IMG/VR virus record: IMGVR_UViG_3300012348_000136 | Span: 64,001 to 95,705 of that record | From: a virus | Taxonomy: Duplodnaviria > Heunggongvirae > Uroviricota > Caudoviricetes | Reading direction: 5' to 3' (one strand) | DNA: 31,705 nucleotides | Shown: positions 12,401 through 21,122 of the stretch, in pieces | Numbering within the stretch: the first letter of the stretch is position 1 | Layout: the number at the start of each line of letters is the position of its first letter | The notes under the pieces: model-generated | Told to the model about the DNA's origin: nothing | What the model saw: only the letters and a program-made list of their open reading frames with translations | Database searches by the model: none | Translations under genes and position numbers: made by a program

Positions 12401-13309
12401 ATGGGCTGGACTTCTTATTCTACTGACGCACGTACTCTACGTGCAACGGCGGCACGTTATGACAGCGCTCCTGTTGATGTAACATTTGTTCAGCAACGCG
12501 AACGTCGTGTTCATGAACAAATGGATTCGACTAAGGTTGTGTTCCGTGAAGCACGTGATAGTGAAGCTCATCCAAACAGCTTCCCAATCATTCTTGCGCT
12601 TGACGTAACTGGTTCCATGGGCGCTATTCCTCGGATGCTTATTGCTGATGGTCTGCCGAAGATCATGGGTCGTATCATTCAAAACGGATGCCCTGATGCT
12701 GCTCTTTGCTTCCTCGCAATTGGCGACCACGAATGCGACCGTTTTCCTGTCCAAGCTGCGCAATTTGAAAGCGGAGACTCTGAACTTGACATGTGGCTTA
12801 CTCGCACTTATCTTGAAGGTGGCGGTGGTGGCAATGCAGGTGAAAGCTATCCACTTGCATGGGACTTTGCAGCAAATCGTGTTCAAACTGATGCATGGGA
12901 TAAGCGCAAGGAAAAAGGTCTGCTCTTCACAATTGGAGACGAACCGTTCCTGAAGAACTTTTCAGCAAATGCTTTTAAGGGAATCTACGGTTCCAACAGT
13001 CTGCATCAAAAGACTGTTACCGCCGAAGAATTGTTTGAAGCTGCATCTGAAAAGTTTGACATCTATCACCTCAGCTTGGAACACGGCTATCGCACGACTG
13101 ACTCTGCATGGGTACAGTTGCTTGGTCCTAACTGCGTGATTCTGAGGGATCACAATGAAGTTCCAAATACGATTGCTCAGATTGTTGAGCAGCGTATGCA
13201 AAGCAAACCAGCTAAGATTCAAACTGTCGAGATTCGTACTCGTAAGCAGGATGAAATTCCTGCCTTTGTTGAAGACGACAACGACACTGTCGTTTCTCCA
13301 ATGTTGTAA
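12401..13309 (+). CDS. VWA (MIDAS) domain protein
   Basis: LDVTGSMG MIDAS, GGGGGNAGESY, LFTIGDEP; start ATG 12401. Confidence 0.88.
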   Translation: MGWTSYSTDARTLRATAARYDSAPVDVTFVQQRERRVHEQMDSTKVVFREARDSEAHPNSFPIILALDVTGSMGAIPRMLIADGLPKIMGRIIQNGCPDAALCFLAIGDHECDRFPVQAAQFESGDSELDMWLTRTYLEGGGGGNAGESYPLAWDFAANRVQTDAWDKRKEKGLLFTIGDEPFLKNFSANAFKGIYGSNSLHQKTVTAEELFEAASEKFDIYHLSLEHGYRTTDSAWVQLLGPNCVILRDHNEVPNTIAQIVEQRMQSKPAKIQTVEIRTRKQDEIPAFVEDDNDTVVSPML

Positions 13310-13312
13310 TGC

Positions 13313-14497
13313 ATGAAAGCACAAATTGTAATTGACACTTCTTTTGGTGATGGTGGTAAAGGCCTGACGGTGGATAATCTCTGCCGTCAGGCCGTCCGTC
13401 GCGGTGAGTCTGTAGCGGTTGTTCGCTTTAGCGGCGGTCAGCAATGTGGACACACCGTGATTCGTGATGGAGTGAAGCATGTCTTTTCTACGTATGGTTC
13501 TGGAACTCTTCAATGTATTCCTACTTATTATACTGAACATGCGACGATGAGTCTGCAGGCAACAATGACAGAGTATTTTGCTCTGCGTGAAAAGGGTATA
13601 GAGCCAAAGCTGTATTTCCATCCTCAGACGCGTCTTACTACGCCATATGATGTTGCTTACAATCGTGCAAAAGAAAGTGCTGCTTACTCTGGTGGTCGAG
13701 CAGGTGATGTTCGACATGGGAGCTGTGGCATGGGAGTTGGCGCTACTCTAAAGCGTCATGACGAAACGCCATACAAGATTTATGCAAGCGATTTGCTTTA
13801 TCCTCAGCTATTAAGTCAAAAGCTCGACAGCATTAAAATGTACTATGCACGTAAAGTTCATTCTGAAGCTCTTAATGATAGTGACGGTCTTGGATACGGT
13901 CAATCATTTTACAGTGCTTTTCATTCTGAAGTAAATGAGCAACTTGAATCTTTCGAAGCAGCTCTTGAACTAAGCAAACAACATGCTGCATTTGAAATTG
14001 CTAACCTTTACCCAAACCAATTTCGCAATTTGATCTATGAAGGTTCTCAGGGAGTTCTTCTTGACATGGATCATGGTATCTTTCCAAACGTAACTTACGG
14101 TAACACAACTTGTAAGAACGCAATTGAACATGCGTCGTGCTTAGGTATTCGCGACATCGAATTGTTTTATGTGTCGCGTTGCTATCTCACACGTCATGGT
14201 CGCGGATGGATGCCAAATGAAACTCCAGTCACTCTTGTAAATACTGATGAAGAGATTAACGTCACCAATCCTTGGCAAGAGCATCTGCGAATTGGAGAAC
14301 TTGACTATGACCTAATCAACTATGCATTAAATGTTGACGCTGGATATCATCGTGATTCCTATCGTCGTAACATGGTGATTACTTGTCTTGATCAGCGTCC
14401 CGATTGGAAACTTGACACCACGCGTCTTCCATACTACATTCAAGGAGTTTACACAAATGCATCTCCGCAAGCTGACTCTTGGGTGCTTACAAAATAA
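13313..14497 (+). CDS. divergent adenylosuccinate synthetase (PurA-family) protein
   Basis: FGDGGKG, GHTV, EGSQG.LLD, YLTRHG motifs. Confidence 0.88.
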   Translation: MKAQIVIDTSFGDGGKGLTVDNLCRQAVRRGESVAVVRFSGGQQCGHTVIRDGVKHVFSTYGSGTLQCIPTYYTEHATMSLQATMTEYFALREKGIEPKLYFHPQTRLTTPYDVAYNRAKESAAYSGGRAGDVRHGSCGMGVGATLKRHDETPYKIYASDLLYPQLLSQKLDSIKMYYARKVHSEALNDSDGLGYGQSFYSAFHSEVNEQLESFEAALELSKQHAAFEIANLYPNQFRNLIYEGSQGVLLDMDHGIFPNVTYGNTTCKNAIEHASCLGIRDIELFYVSRCYLTRHGRGWMPNETPVTLVNTDEEINVTNPWQEHLRIGELDYDLINYALNVDAGYHRDSYRRNMVITCLDQRPDWKLDTTRLPYYIQGVYTNASPQADSWVLTK

Positions 14498-14503
14498 CAT
14501 ACT

Positions 14504-14866
14504 ATGAAAATCAAACTACTATCAGTTGGAACACCAACAGCTAACGGTCGCATCTATCCAAAAGAAGTGCTTGAAGCGGCAATCAAAAAAGCAGACAAAG
14601 ACAAAATGATTGCGGTCTTTAATCAGGACATGCCAACCGCTGATGTTAACATTGAGAAGGCCGCGGCAATCATCAATGAATTGGAACTAACAGACGACTC
14701 TCTTTATGGAACTGTTTCTTTTCTGCAAACTCCAATGGGATTACTCGCCCAACAGCTTGGCGACTCATATGAATGTCGTCCGTTCGGTGTAGGCAAAGTC
14801 TCTGATGATAAAGTTGTATCAGACTATGAACTCCGAGGATTCTCAATAATTCCTTCAGAATCTTAA
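14504..14866 (+). CDS. T4 gp21 prohead protease homolog, catalytic motifs degenerate
   Basis: NGRIYPKEVL and LQTPMG motifs; DMP and CRPFG where the family has DHP and SSRG. Confidence 0.6.
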   Translation: MKIKLLSVGTPTANGRIYPKEVLEAAIKKADKDKMIAVFNQDMPTADVNIEKAAAIINELELTDDSLYGTVSFLQTPMGLLAQQLGDSYECRPFGVGKVSDDKVVSDYELRGFSIIPSES

Positions 14867-14874
14867 TTTTTCTA

Positions 14875-14903
14875 TTTACATCCGTCACATTTTTGATTAT
14901 AAT
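14875..14903 (+). promoter_or_regulatory. sigma70-like early promoter (leaderless spacing)
   Basis: TTTACA-17-TATAAT, 6 nt before ATG 14910. Confidence 0.85.
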
Positions 14904-14909
14904 AAACAC

Positions 14910-16217
14910 ATGAAAACAAACATTAGGAATACTCCGAAGAACTTCACCCACGAAGGCGCGGTTGCGAAAAACATCAATGCAAAGCAAGAATTGCGTCGCA
15001 CCGTTATGTCGTGTTTGCTGTGGGAAAATAGCTTCTATGAAAGCGGTGTCGATATTGCTTCACGCATCGCAAACCTTGTGCCTCGCGTCAGCGGTAAGGA
15101 CGCAATGGAAATTGCAATTGAGTGTCGATCCTCAATGAAGCTGCGTCATACGCCTCTTTACATTGCTCGACTTATGGCACAAAACGCACATCAGCGTGAG
15201 TATGTTGCAACTACTCTGTTTGGAATTATCCAGCGTGCAGATGAACTGTCCGAATTCCTTTCTCTTTACTGGAAGGATGGTCGTGTCCCAATTGCTAAGC
15301 AGGTCAAGAAGGGTCTTGCGCAAGCATTCACTAAGTTCAACGAATATGCTCTTGCAAAGTATAATCGTGACGGTGCAATCAAGCTACGTGACGTCCTGTT
15401 CTTGGTACACGCTAAGCCAAAAGACGAAGAACAAGCTGCTCTTTGGAAGCGCCTTGTTAGTGACGAGTTGAAGACTCCAGATACGTGGGAAGTTGAATTG
15501 TCAGCTTCGTCTGATAAGAAGGCTTCTTGGACTCGATTGCTGTCCGAAAACAAGTTGGGTGCATTGGCTCTGTTGCGTAACCTTCGTAACATGAAGAACG
15601 CTGGTGTAGATGACATGTTGATTCGCGATGCATTGCGTAATATCAATCCAGAACGTGTCCTTCCATTCCGTTTCATTAGCGCTGCGCGTCATGCGCCAAG
15701 CTTTGAGGCTGAACTTGAAGACGGTATGTTTAAGTGTTTGGAAGGACACGCTAAGCTGCCAGGTAAGACCGTTCTGTTGATTGACGTCTCAGGCTCGATG
15801 GATTGGACGATCAGTGACAAGAGTGACATCAATCGTATTGACGCTGCATGTGGACTTGCTATGTTGCTGCGCGAGATTTGTGATACCGTTGAGGTTCATA
15901 CTTTCTCAAATGCAGTTCGTGAAGTTGCGCCACGTCGTGGATTCGCGCTTGCCGAAGCTATCAATCGTTCTCAGCCTCACGGTGGAACTAATCTCGGGCA
16001 AGCGGTTAAAACGATCAATGAAATTAACTGTGATCGTCTGATCGTTATCACTGATGAACAGAGCTCATCTCGCGTTCCAGATCCAGTGTGTAAGAAGTCC
16101 TATATGATCAACGTTGCTTCCTACAAGAATGGTGTTGGTTATGGTCCTTGGACACACATTGACGGTTGGAGCGAAGCTATTGTGACTTACATCCAGACGC
16201 TCGAAAATTCACATTAA
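14910..16217 (+). CDS. rsr: Ro60/TROVE RNA-binding protein
   Basis: THEG, ELRRTVMSCLLWE..FYE, TPDTWE, ALLRNLRN, PFRF..A, C-terminal DVSGSM VWA. Confidence 0.93.
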   Translation: MKTNIRNTPKNFTHEGAVAKNINAKQELRRTVMSCLLWENSFYESGVDIASRIANLVPRVSGKDAMEIAIECRSSMKLRHTPLYIARLMAQNAHQREYVATTLFGIIQRADELSEFLSLYWKDGRVPIAKQVKKGLAQAFTKFNEYALAKYNRDGAIKLRDVLFLVHAKPKDEEQAALWKRLVSDELKTPDTWEVELSASSDKKASWTRLLSENKLGALALLRNLRNMKNAGVDDMLIRDALRNINPERVLPFRFISAARHAPSFEAELEDGMFKCLEGHAKLPGKTVLLIDVSGSMDWTISDKSDINRIDAACGLAMLLREICDTVEVHTFSNAVREVAPRRGFALAEAINRSQPHGGTNLGQAVKTINEINCDRLIVITDEQSSSRVPDPVCKKSYMINVASYKNGVGYGPWTHIDGWSEAIVTYIQTLENSH

Positions 16218-16222
16218 ACACC

Positions 16223-16335
16223 ATAGGCGCCGACCATACAAGGTGCGGCACAGCGGCAACGTGTTGGAACTAAACGTATTCCCATCTGATTAGCTATCAG
16301 ATCCAACACCGATCGGAATTGAGCCCGGCGCCTAT
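16223..16335 (+). ncRNA. candidate Y RNA
   Basis: 113 nt starting 6 nt after rsr stop; 10-bp ATAGGCGCCG/CGGCGCCTAT terminal stem, large internal loop, GTGTTGG/CCAACAC and ATCTGAT/ATCAGAT stems. Confidence 0.55.
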
Positions 16336-16338
16336 AAT

Positions 16339-16425
16339 TATAGTCATCCTTCCTCGAGGCGCATGCGCCCTAGCAAATATCGAGTAACACCGCGGTTTGG
16401 TTGGCGCCGCTCATTCTAAACTATA
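16339..16425 (+). ncRNA. second candidate small RNA downstream of rsr
   Basis: TATAGT/ACTATA ends, CTCGA/TCGAG, GGCGCATGCGCC palindrome, GCGG/CCGC. Confidence 0.3.
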
Positions 16426-16431
16426 TGTACT

Positions 16432-17241
16432 TTATCCGATGAGTGCATGTGTACTAAGAGGTACACCGTATAGCCAGTGCGCAGCGTTGCTAAACGTAGA
16501 TCCCCAGCCATGAACTGAAAATTGGTGAATAGCCTTTGCATGTCGCAGTAGAAAGAAGTCAACTAAAGTATCTGCAGTACCCTTCAAATCATCGCGTGAT
16601 ACCGTATTCATATGAACCGATTTGGCTGCAGTTGGATACACGTTACAAACATTAGAGATCTCTTCCTTTGCTGCATCTGAGTCGCACATAATCAGTATCT
16701 TATTTGACGAACGCTCTGTGATCATTTTTATTTGGTCACAGAGCTTTTTCTTTACGTCGTCAACGTCATACTTTAGCGTAAAATTAATTGTAGTATCATA
16801 TGCATAAAGATCGCCTAGACGAACATGAACAACCTCATAATTTTCATCTGGCTTAGCGAGATTAATTAAGGCTGTCAGTTCATCATTAGGCTCAAAGAAA
16901 GAATGCACAACTCGTTTAGCCGATGGGTTAATTGGGAACCTAGGAAATGCATTACAGTGTAACCCTAAGTTAAATGATCTTAACCTGCGTCTTTCAGTTA
17001 AACGCAATAGTTCTATACGCAAGTCCCTAAATGATACACACTTATTGTTTAAGTTATGTATATGAACATCGGGTATATCTATAGATGTCTTGCGTATAAA
17101 GTTAGAGATTGGATGATCTTTAAAGCTAATTACATATTCAGATCGCTCTGATAGAGTTAGCTGTGATAGTGCCAATGAGCCTCGAAGAAAGTCACCAAGA
17201 CCCATCCCACCTTCAGTTTGAATATACGAATGAATTACCAC
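16432..17241 (-). CDS. glycosyltransferase-like (fucosyltransferase GT-B-like) protein
   Basis: GLGDFLRG, VVHVRLGD, TLVDFFLL, STFS motifs; GTG start 17241. Confidence 0.6.
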   Translation of the reverse strand: MVIHSYIQTEGGMGLGDFLRGSLALSQLTLSERSEYVISFKDHPISNFIRKTSIDIPDVHIHNLNNKCVSFRDLRIELLRLTERRRLRSFNLGLHCNAFPRFPINPSAKRVVHSFFEPNDELTALINLAKPDENYEVVHVRLGDLYAYDTTINFTLKYDVDDVKKKLCDQIKMITERSSNKILIMCDSDAAKEEISNVCNVYPTAAKSVHMNTVSRDDLKGTADTLVDFFLLRHAKAIHQFSVHGWGSTFSNAAHWLYGVPLSTHALIG

Positions 17242-17245
17242 TAAG

Positions 17246-17253
17246 TATATATA
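17246..17253. promoter_or_regulatory. palindromic late-promoter variant (possibly bidirectional)
   Basis: TATATATA 5 nt before ATG 17259 (+) and 4 nt before GTG 17241 (-). Confidence 0.5.
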
Positions 17254-17258
17254 CACAT

Positions 17259-17876
17259 ATGAAGATTTATACATATCACGACTATGTTCCTGAATTGCCG
17301 CATTGTGATCGGCTTATTCCTTTATGGAAAGAATCATGGTCACGTTTAGGGTGGGAACCAATTGTTCTCGATATTTCTCATGCTAAAGAGCACCCCTTAT
17401 ACAGTGAATATGTAGAAAAATTCAAACGGCTTCCGACGGTTAATCCAAAAGGATATGAACTTGCATGTTATTTACGCTGGTTAGCAATGGCGGTTGTTGG
17501 AGGAGGATGGATGAGTGATAGTGATGTTATGACATACACATTTAAGCCATATACTCCTCCAGCTGAAAGATTGACTATTTGGTCACATGGTGGTCATATA
17601 TGTCCATGTTTGGTATCAGGAACATCTGAGCAGTATACACATGCAGCTGGAGTATTTGCTGCATGGGATGGTCCAACCAATGATGAAGGTGGAAGACCAC
17701 ATGCGTCTGATCAAAACATACTTGGACGTGTAACTCATTTTTACGACAACATACCGATGTGTTCTCAATACGGTTCAGTTGCTTGGGATGCTTTTTCAGT
17801 TGTACATTATCCAAATGGAGCAATGGAAGGTAAACAACCTCGCCATGAATATATTCCAACGTTAAGATCACTATGA
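17259..17876 (+). CDS. GT-A-like nucleotide-sugar transferase
   Basis: LWKESWSRLGW, CYLRWLA, GGGWMSDSDV (DxD), SDQ. Confidence 0.6.
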   Translation: MKIYTYHDYVPELPHCDRLIPLWKESWSRLGWEPIVLDISHAKEHPLYSEYVEKFKRLPTVNPKGYELACYLRWLAMAVVGGGWMSDSDVMTYTFKPYTPPAERLTIWSHGGHICPCLVSGTSEQYTHAAGVFAAWDGPTNDEGGRPHASDQNILGRVTHFYDNIPMCSQYGSVAWDAFSVVHYPNGAMEGKQPRHEYIPTLRSL

Positions 17877-18481
17877 CTGGAATAATATTAGCACACGGGA
17901 GGGCGCAAGAAACTGTTGCTCGAAATATGTCTACATGGAGTGCATGGTGTGATTCATATGAATTTGTATGCCCATGTGATGATCCTATAAAGGATTATGA
18001 TTATGTAATATGTAGTGGGTTATCTCAACATAATGGTCTAGACACCATTGAACGAATGCGTCTTGCATTTGAAAGAGCGGCAGCCTATAAAAGTGCGGTT
18101 GTGTTAGAGTATGACACTTTGCTATTTGGATCTCCTCCTAAACCAAAGAAAAATGAAATTTTCGGCTGTGGACCATTTTTTGATGGCTCTGGTAACTTTA
18201 AAGCAAATTGGTGGTCACATAGCCCATGGTTAACGACAAAAGCCAATTTCAAGAAAATCAGTGAATGCTTTAATAAGAATCTTGAAGCTAGGTTTCCTGA
18301 TAGATGGCTCGCTGCAGTATGTGATCAATGCAATTTAGTAAATGTTTCTTATGAAAAGTGGTGGAGCCAAAACTCGATCGACACTCCTCAGTTTGAAATC
18401 GAATCTTTAGAGGCGCGCAAAGTTGGAGCAATAGCAATTCACGGTGTGAAGACTGAAAAGGTTTATGATATGCTGAAATAA
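17873..18481 (+). CDS. glycosyltransferase-like protein
   Basis: LEYDT acidic motif, PDRW, AIHGVK; coupled to upstream GT. Confidence 0.5.
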   Translation: MTGIILAHGRAQETVARNMSTWSAWCDSYEFVCPCDDPIKDYDYVICSGLSQHNGLDTIERMRLAFERAAAYKSAVVLEYDTLLFGSPPKPKKNEIFGCGPFFDGSGNFKANWWSHSPWLTTKANFKKISECFNKNLEARFPDRWLAAVCDQCNLVNVSYEKWWSQNSIDTPQFEIESLEARKVGAIAIHGVKTEKVYDMLK

Positions 18482-18523
18482 AAATCCTCTAAGGAACTAT
18501 TTCGGCATATCATAAGATTTAGA

Positions 18524-18552
18524 TTTACATTCGGTCATAGCTGTGGTATAAT
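18524..18552 (+). promoter_or_regulatory. sigma70-like early promoter (leaderless spacing)
   Basis: TTTACA-17-TATAAT, 5 nt before ATG 18558. Confidence 0.85.
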
Positions 18553-18557
18553 TTGGC

Positions 18558-19487
18558 ATGAGCAAATTACGCCTTGGTCTTGTATGCATTTCAGAAGTTC
18601 TTAAGAAGTCCCGCAAGGTTGCTTTTAAGACAATGACTCGCAAGCAGTTTCTTAGTATGCCACGCGAGCGCGCGCTGCAAGTATTAAGCTCACGTATTCT
18701 ACATAACGCTACGGTTATTCGTCAGGACATCTTGCCACATTTGCTCAGCAGTGGCATACTGCATTATCGTGTCAGCAGCTCAATGTTTCCGCTAATCACA
18801 GACAAGACTCTTGGATTGTGTTATGACGACCTTCCTGACATGCCACTTATTCGCGAAAACCTTGCGCTTGCCGGATTGTTTGCGCGCGTAAATCAAATCA
18901 GCGTTAGTTGCCATCCAGACCAATACAATGTACTTGCTTCTTACAGCGAGGACGTCGTTACCAATTCAATCAATGAGCTAAATCATCAAAGCAATGTTCT
19001 GGATATGATGGGTTTCCCACAGGACTTTTCTTCGTCAATGTGTCTGCATTTAAACGCTAGTCCCAGACATAAGATTGAGGATACCTTTGCATATCGTCAG
19101 CGGTTCATCGACAATCTTGCGCGTTGCAACGACGGTGTACGCTCACGTCTTGTTCTTGAGAACGAGGACAAAGGATTTTGGAATTGCGACAACCTTTACA
19201 GCTTCTTTCATGATGTTCGTCCGCTTGTTTTTGACAATCTGCATAACGCATGCAATCCATCCGAGTATGTTGAGGATGTGTATGCAATTACCTTTGCAGG
19301 TACATGGGGCAAACACCGACCAATCTTTCATTGGAGTGAAGGAATCGACGGTACGTCAAAGCATGCCGGTCGAGCGTCGCATATCCCGGACATTGTCAAG
19401 AATAATGCGGACATTGTGACTTGGGAGGTTGAGCTGAAGGACAAGGATTATGCAATTCTGGAGATTCTGGAGAAATTTTCGCCGTAA
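18558..19487 (+). CDS. uvsE: UV damage endonuclease
   Basis: LGLVC, YRVSSSMFP, SCHPDQY, LENED, FDNLH, FHWSE, KHA, EVELK.KD. Confidence 0.93.
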   Translation: MSKLRLGLVCISEVLKKSRKVAFKTMTRKQFLSMPRERALQVLSSRILHNATVIRQDILPHLLSSGILHYRVSSSMFPLITDKTLGLCYDDLPDMPLIRENLALAGLFARVNQISVSCHPDQYNVLASYSEDVVTNSINELNHQSNVLDMMGFPQDFSSSMCLHLNASPRHKIEDTFAYRQRFIDNLARCNDGVRSRLVLENEDKGFWNCDNLYSFFHDVRPLVFDNLHNACNPSEYVEDVYAITFAGTWGKHRPIFHWSEGIDGTSKHAGRASHIPDIVKNNADIVTWEVELKDKDYAILEILEKFSP

Positions 19488-19502
19488 GTGATTGATTTTC
19501 AA
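19483..19502 (+). repeat. dispersed 20-bp motif (copy 2)
   Basis: CGTAAGTGATTGATTTTCAA. Confidence 0.7.
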
Positions 19503-19541
19503 TAAATTGCCAAAATTTGTGAAAATTTGTGAATTTTCTTG

Positions 19542-19570
19542 TTTACATCCGTTCGTTTTCCGTTTATAAT
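19542..19570 (+). promoter_or_regulatory. sigma70-like early promoter
   Basis: TTTACA-17-TATAAT. Confidence 0.85.
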
Positions 19571-19595
19571 GATTCTGTAAGGAAACTACCACAAC

Positions 19596-19832
19596 ATGCT
19601 CGCCCCAACGCTACTTGCCTCGCCAAATGAAGCCATTGAGCTAATTCAAGAAACCAAGCCGCGAGGTAAAGCTGGCAATCCCGCCGTTTACATTCTGATT
19701 GACAATACGACGATCATGTGCACCGCTGGTAAAGCAATTAAAGTCCTTGAGAATGTAGCATCTGGCACAACTTTCAAAGCATTCACTAACGGCGCAAACA
19801 CCCTCACAATTAAAGCACACGCGCGATTCTGA
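19596..19832 (+). CDS. hypothetical early protein
   Basis: 78 aa after promoter. Confidence 0.7.
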   Translation: MLAPTLLASPNEAIELIQETKPRGKAGNPAVYILIDNTTIMCTAGKAIKVLENVASGTTFKAFTNGANTLTIKAHARF

Positions 19833-19833
19833 T

Positions 19834-20139
19834 ATGAGCCTCGACAAAGCAATCAAGCATGGCAAAGAACATCGCAAAGAATATCGCGATTCGCGCCGAT
19901 GGGACAATAGCTGCCGCCATGGTGGATCTTGCTCTTACTGCAGAGGTGGACGCACCCTCTTTGACAGGCGAGCGCGTTCTCGGACCGACGGACAGGTTGA
20001 TGAATGGTTCGGTTACTGGGGAATGCCTGATCCTTCGGACGCTGATGCCGCGGCAGCCGAAAAAACATACCGCCGTTTTGGCATCGACCCCGATGATTGG
20101 GATCTGCTTGTTGAACTTGGAGAACTTTACAAAGGCTAA
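19834..20139 (+). CDS. hypothetical protein with CRHGGSCSYC motif
   Basis: basic N-terminus, Cys/His cluster. Confidence 0.75.
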   Translation: MSLDKAIKHGKEHRKEYRDSRRWDNSCRHGGSCSYCRGGRTLFDRRARSRTDGQVDEWFGYWGMPDPSDADAAAAEKTYRRFGIDPDDWDLLVELGELYKG

Positions 20140-20147
20140 CAATCACG

Positions 20148-20363
20148 ATGAAGTGCATCATACGTGCAATGTCAGAAACCGAATATAAGCCACGCAAAAG
20201 ATGGTGGGGTTTTGTTGACACTGACGGGACACGTTACCTTATGCGTTATCATCATGTTCTTGCGGCATTTTCAGATTCAAAAATCCTCTTTGCACGATAC
20301 CAAACAATAACCGATAAGCGCGGAGTACAATTCGCAATTAAACATTTTAAGTCTTCATTATGA
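20148..20363 (+). CDS. hypothetical protein
   Basis: 71 aa, ATGA-coupled to next gene. Confidence 0.65.
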   Translation: MKCIIRAMSETEYKPRKRWWGFVDTDGTRYLMRYHHVLAAFSDSKILFARYQTITDKRGVQFAIKHFKSSL

Positions 20364-21121
20364 AAAATCATTCTATCACTACGCACCCTTCCTTTGAAAA
20401 ATGCCGCGGCAGACTCCTTTGTGAACTCATCGGCGGGTCTACTCTGTATGGTCTTGATACGCCTGACAGTGACATCGACTATCGTGGACTGTTCTTTGCG
20501 TCAGATAAGCAATATGTCGCAGGCTTTGAAAACATCGAAAGTATCGTGCAGACCGGTGAAGTTGATTCGGCTTACTATGAGCTGACTCATTACCTCAAAC
20601 TGCTGCGCAAGTCCAATACCCAAGTGCTTGAAATCCTCTTTGCACCTGAGAGTTCTTTTACTCGCAATGGGCTGTTGTTCAATCGCATCCGCGAAAACCG
20701 CTACAGCCTGATCGACAGTCATATTCTCAAAGGCAGCCTGAAAGGTTACGTCTTTAGCGAAATGCGACTTGCAACGGGTGAACGTAGTGGACGTCTTGGC
20801 GGCAAGCGTAAGGAACAAGTTACGAAGTTTGGGTTCAGTCCTAAGAATTTCGTGCAGATCATGCGCTTGTGCCGCGTCGGTCAGCGCTTCTTTACGGACG
20901 GTCATTACATCGTCAATGTGAAGTTGTCCGATCCTGAGTTCCATGCAGAACTTATGGACATCAAGACCCAACCGCAAAAGTATACGGTTGAACAGCTCAA
21001 GGCTCGTGTCGATCATGAATATGATCTTCTTGTTCAAGTTATGGACAAGAGCGATGTAACCTACAAATTCGATTCTGAACTCGCGGCTGGCCTGATCATG
21101 ACCGCTCGCTATAATTACTGA
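20360..21121 (+). CDS. Pol-beta-family nucleotidyltransferase (YcgL/RlaP-like)
   Basis: GGSTLYGLDTPDSDIDYRG, KSNTQVLEILF. Confidence 0.85.
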   Translation: MKNHSITTHPSFEKCRGRLLCELIGGSTLYGLDTPDSDIDYRGLFFASDKQYVAGFENIESIVQTGEVDSAYYELTHYLKLLRKSNTQVLEILFAPESSFTRNGLLFNRIRENRYSLIDSHILKGSLKGYVFSEMRLATGERSGRLGGKRKEQVTKFGFSPKNFVQIMRLCRVGQRFFTDGHYIVNVKLSDPEFHAELMDIKTQPQKYTVEQLKARVDHEYDLLVQVMDKSDVTYKFDSELAAGLIMTARYNY

Positions 21122-21122
21122 T

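Noticed and set aside
13313-14497. PurZ (Z-genome) assignment
   Set aside because: PurZ has Ser at the E. coli PurA Asp13 position; this protein keeps Asp (GDGGKG), and I saw no dATPase/DatZ-like neighbour
1823-16243. Shared 11-mer ACCATACAAGG in the 1822 RNA and the rsr-adjacent RNA
   Set aside because: Paired in one predicted fold and unpaired in the other; a single 11-mer match in 31 kb can be chance
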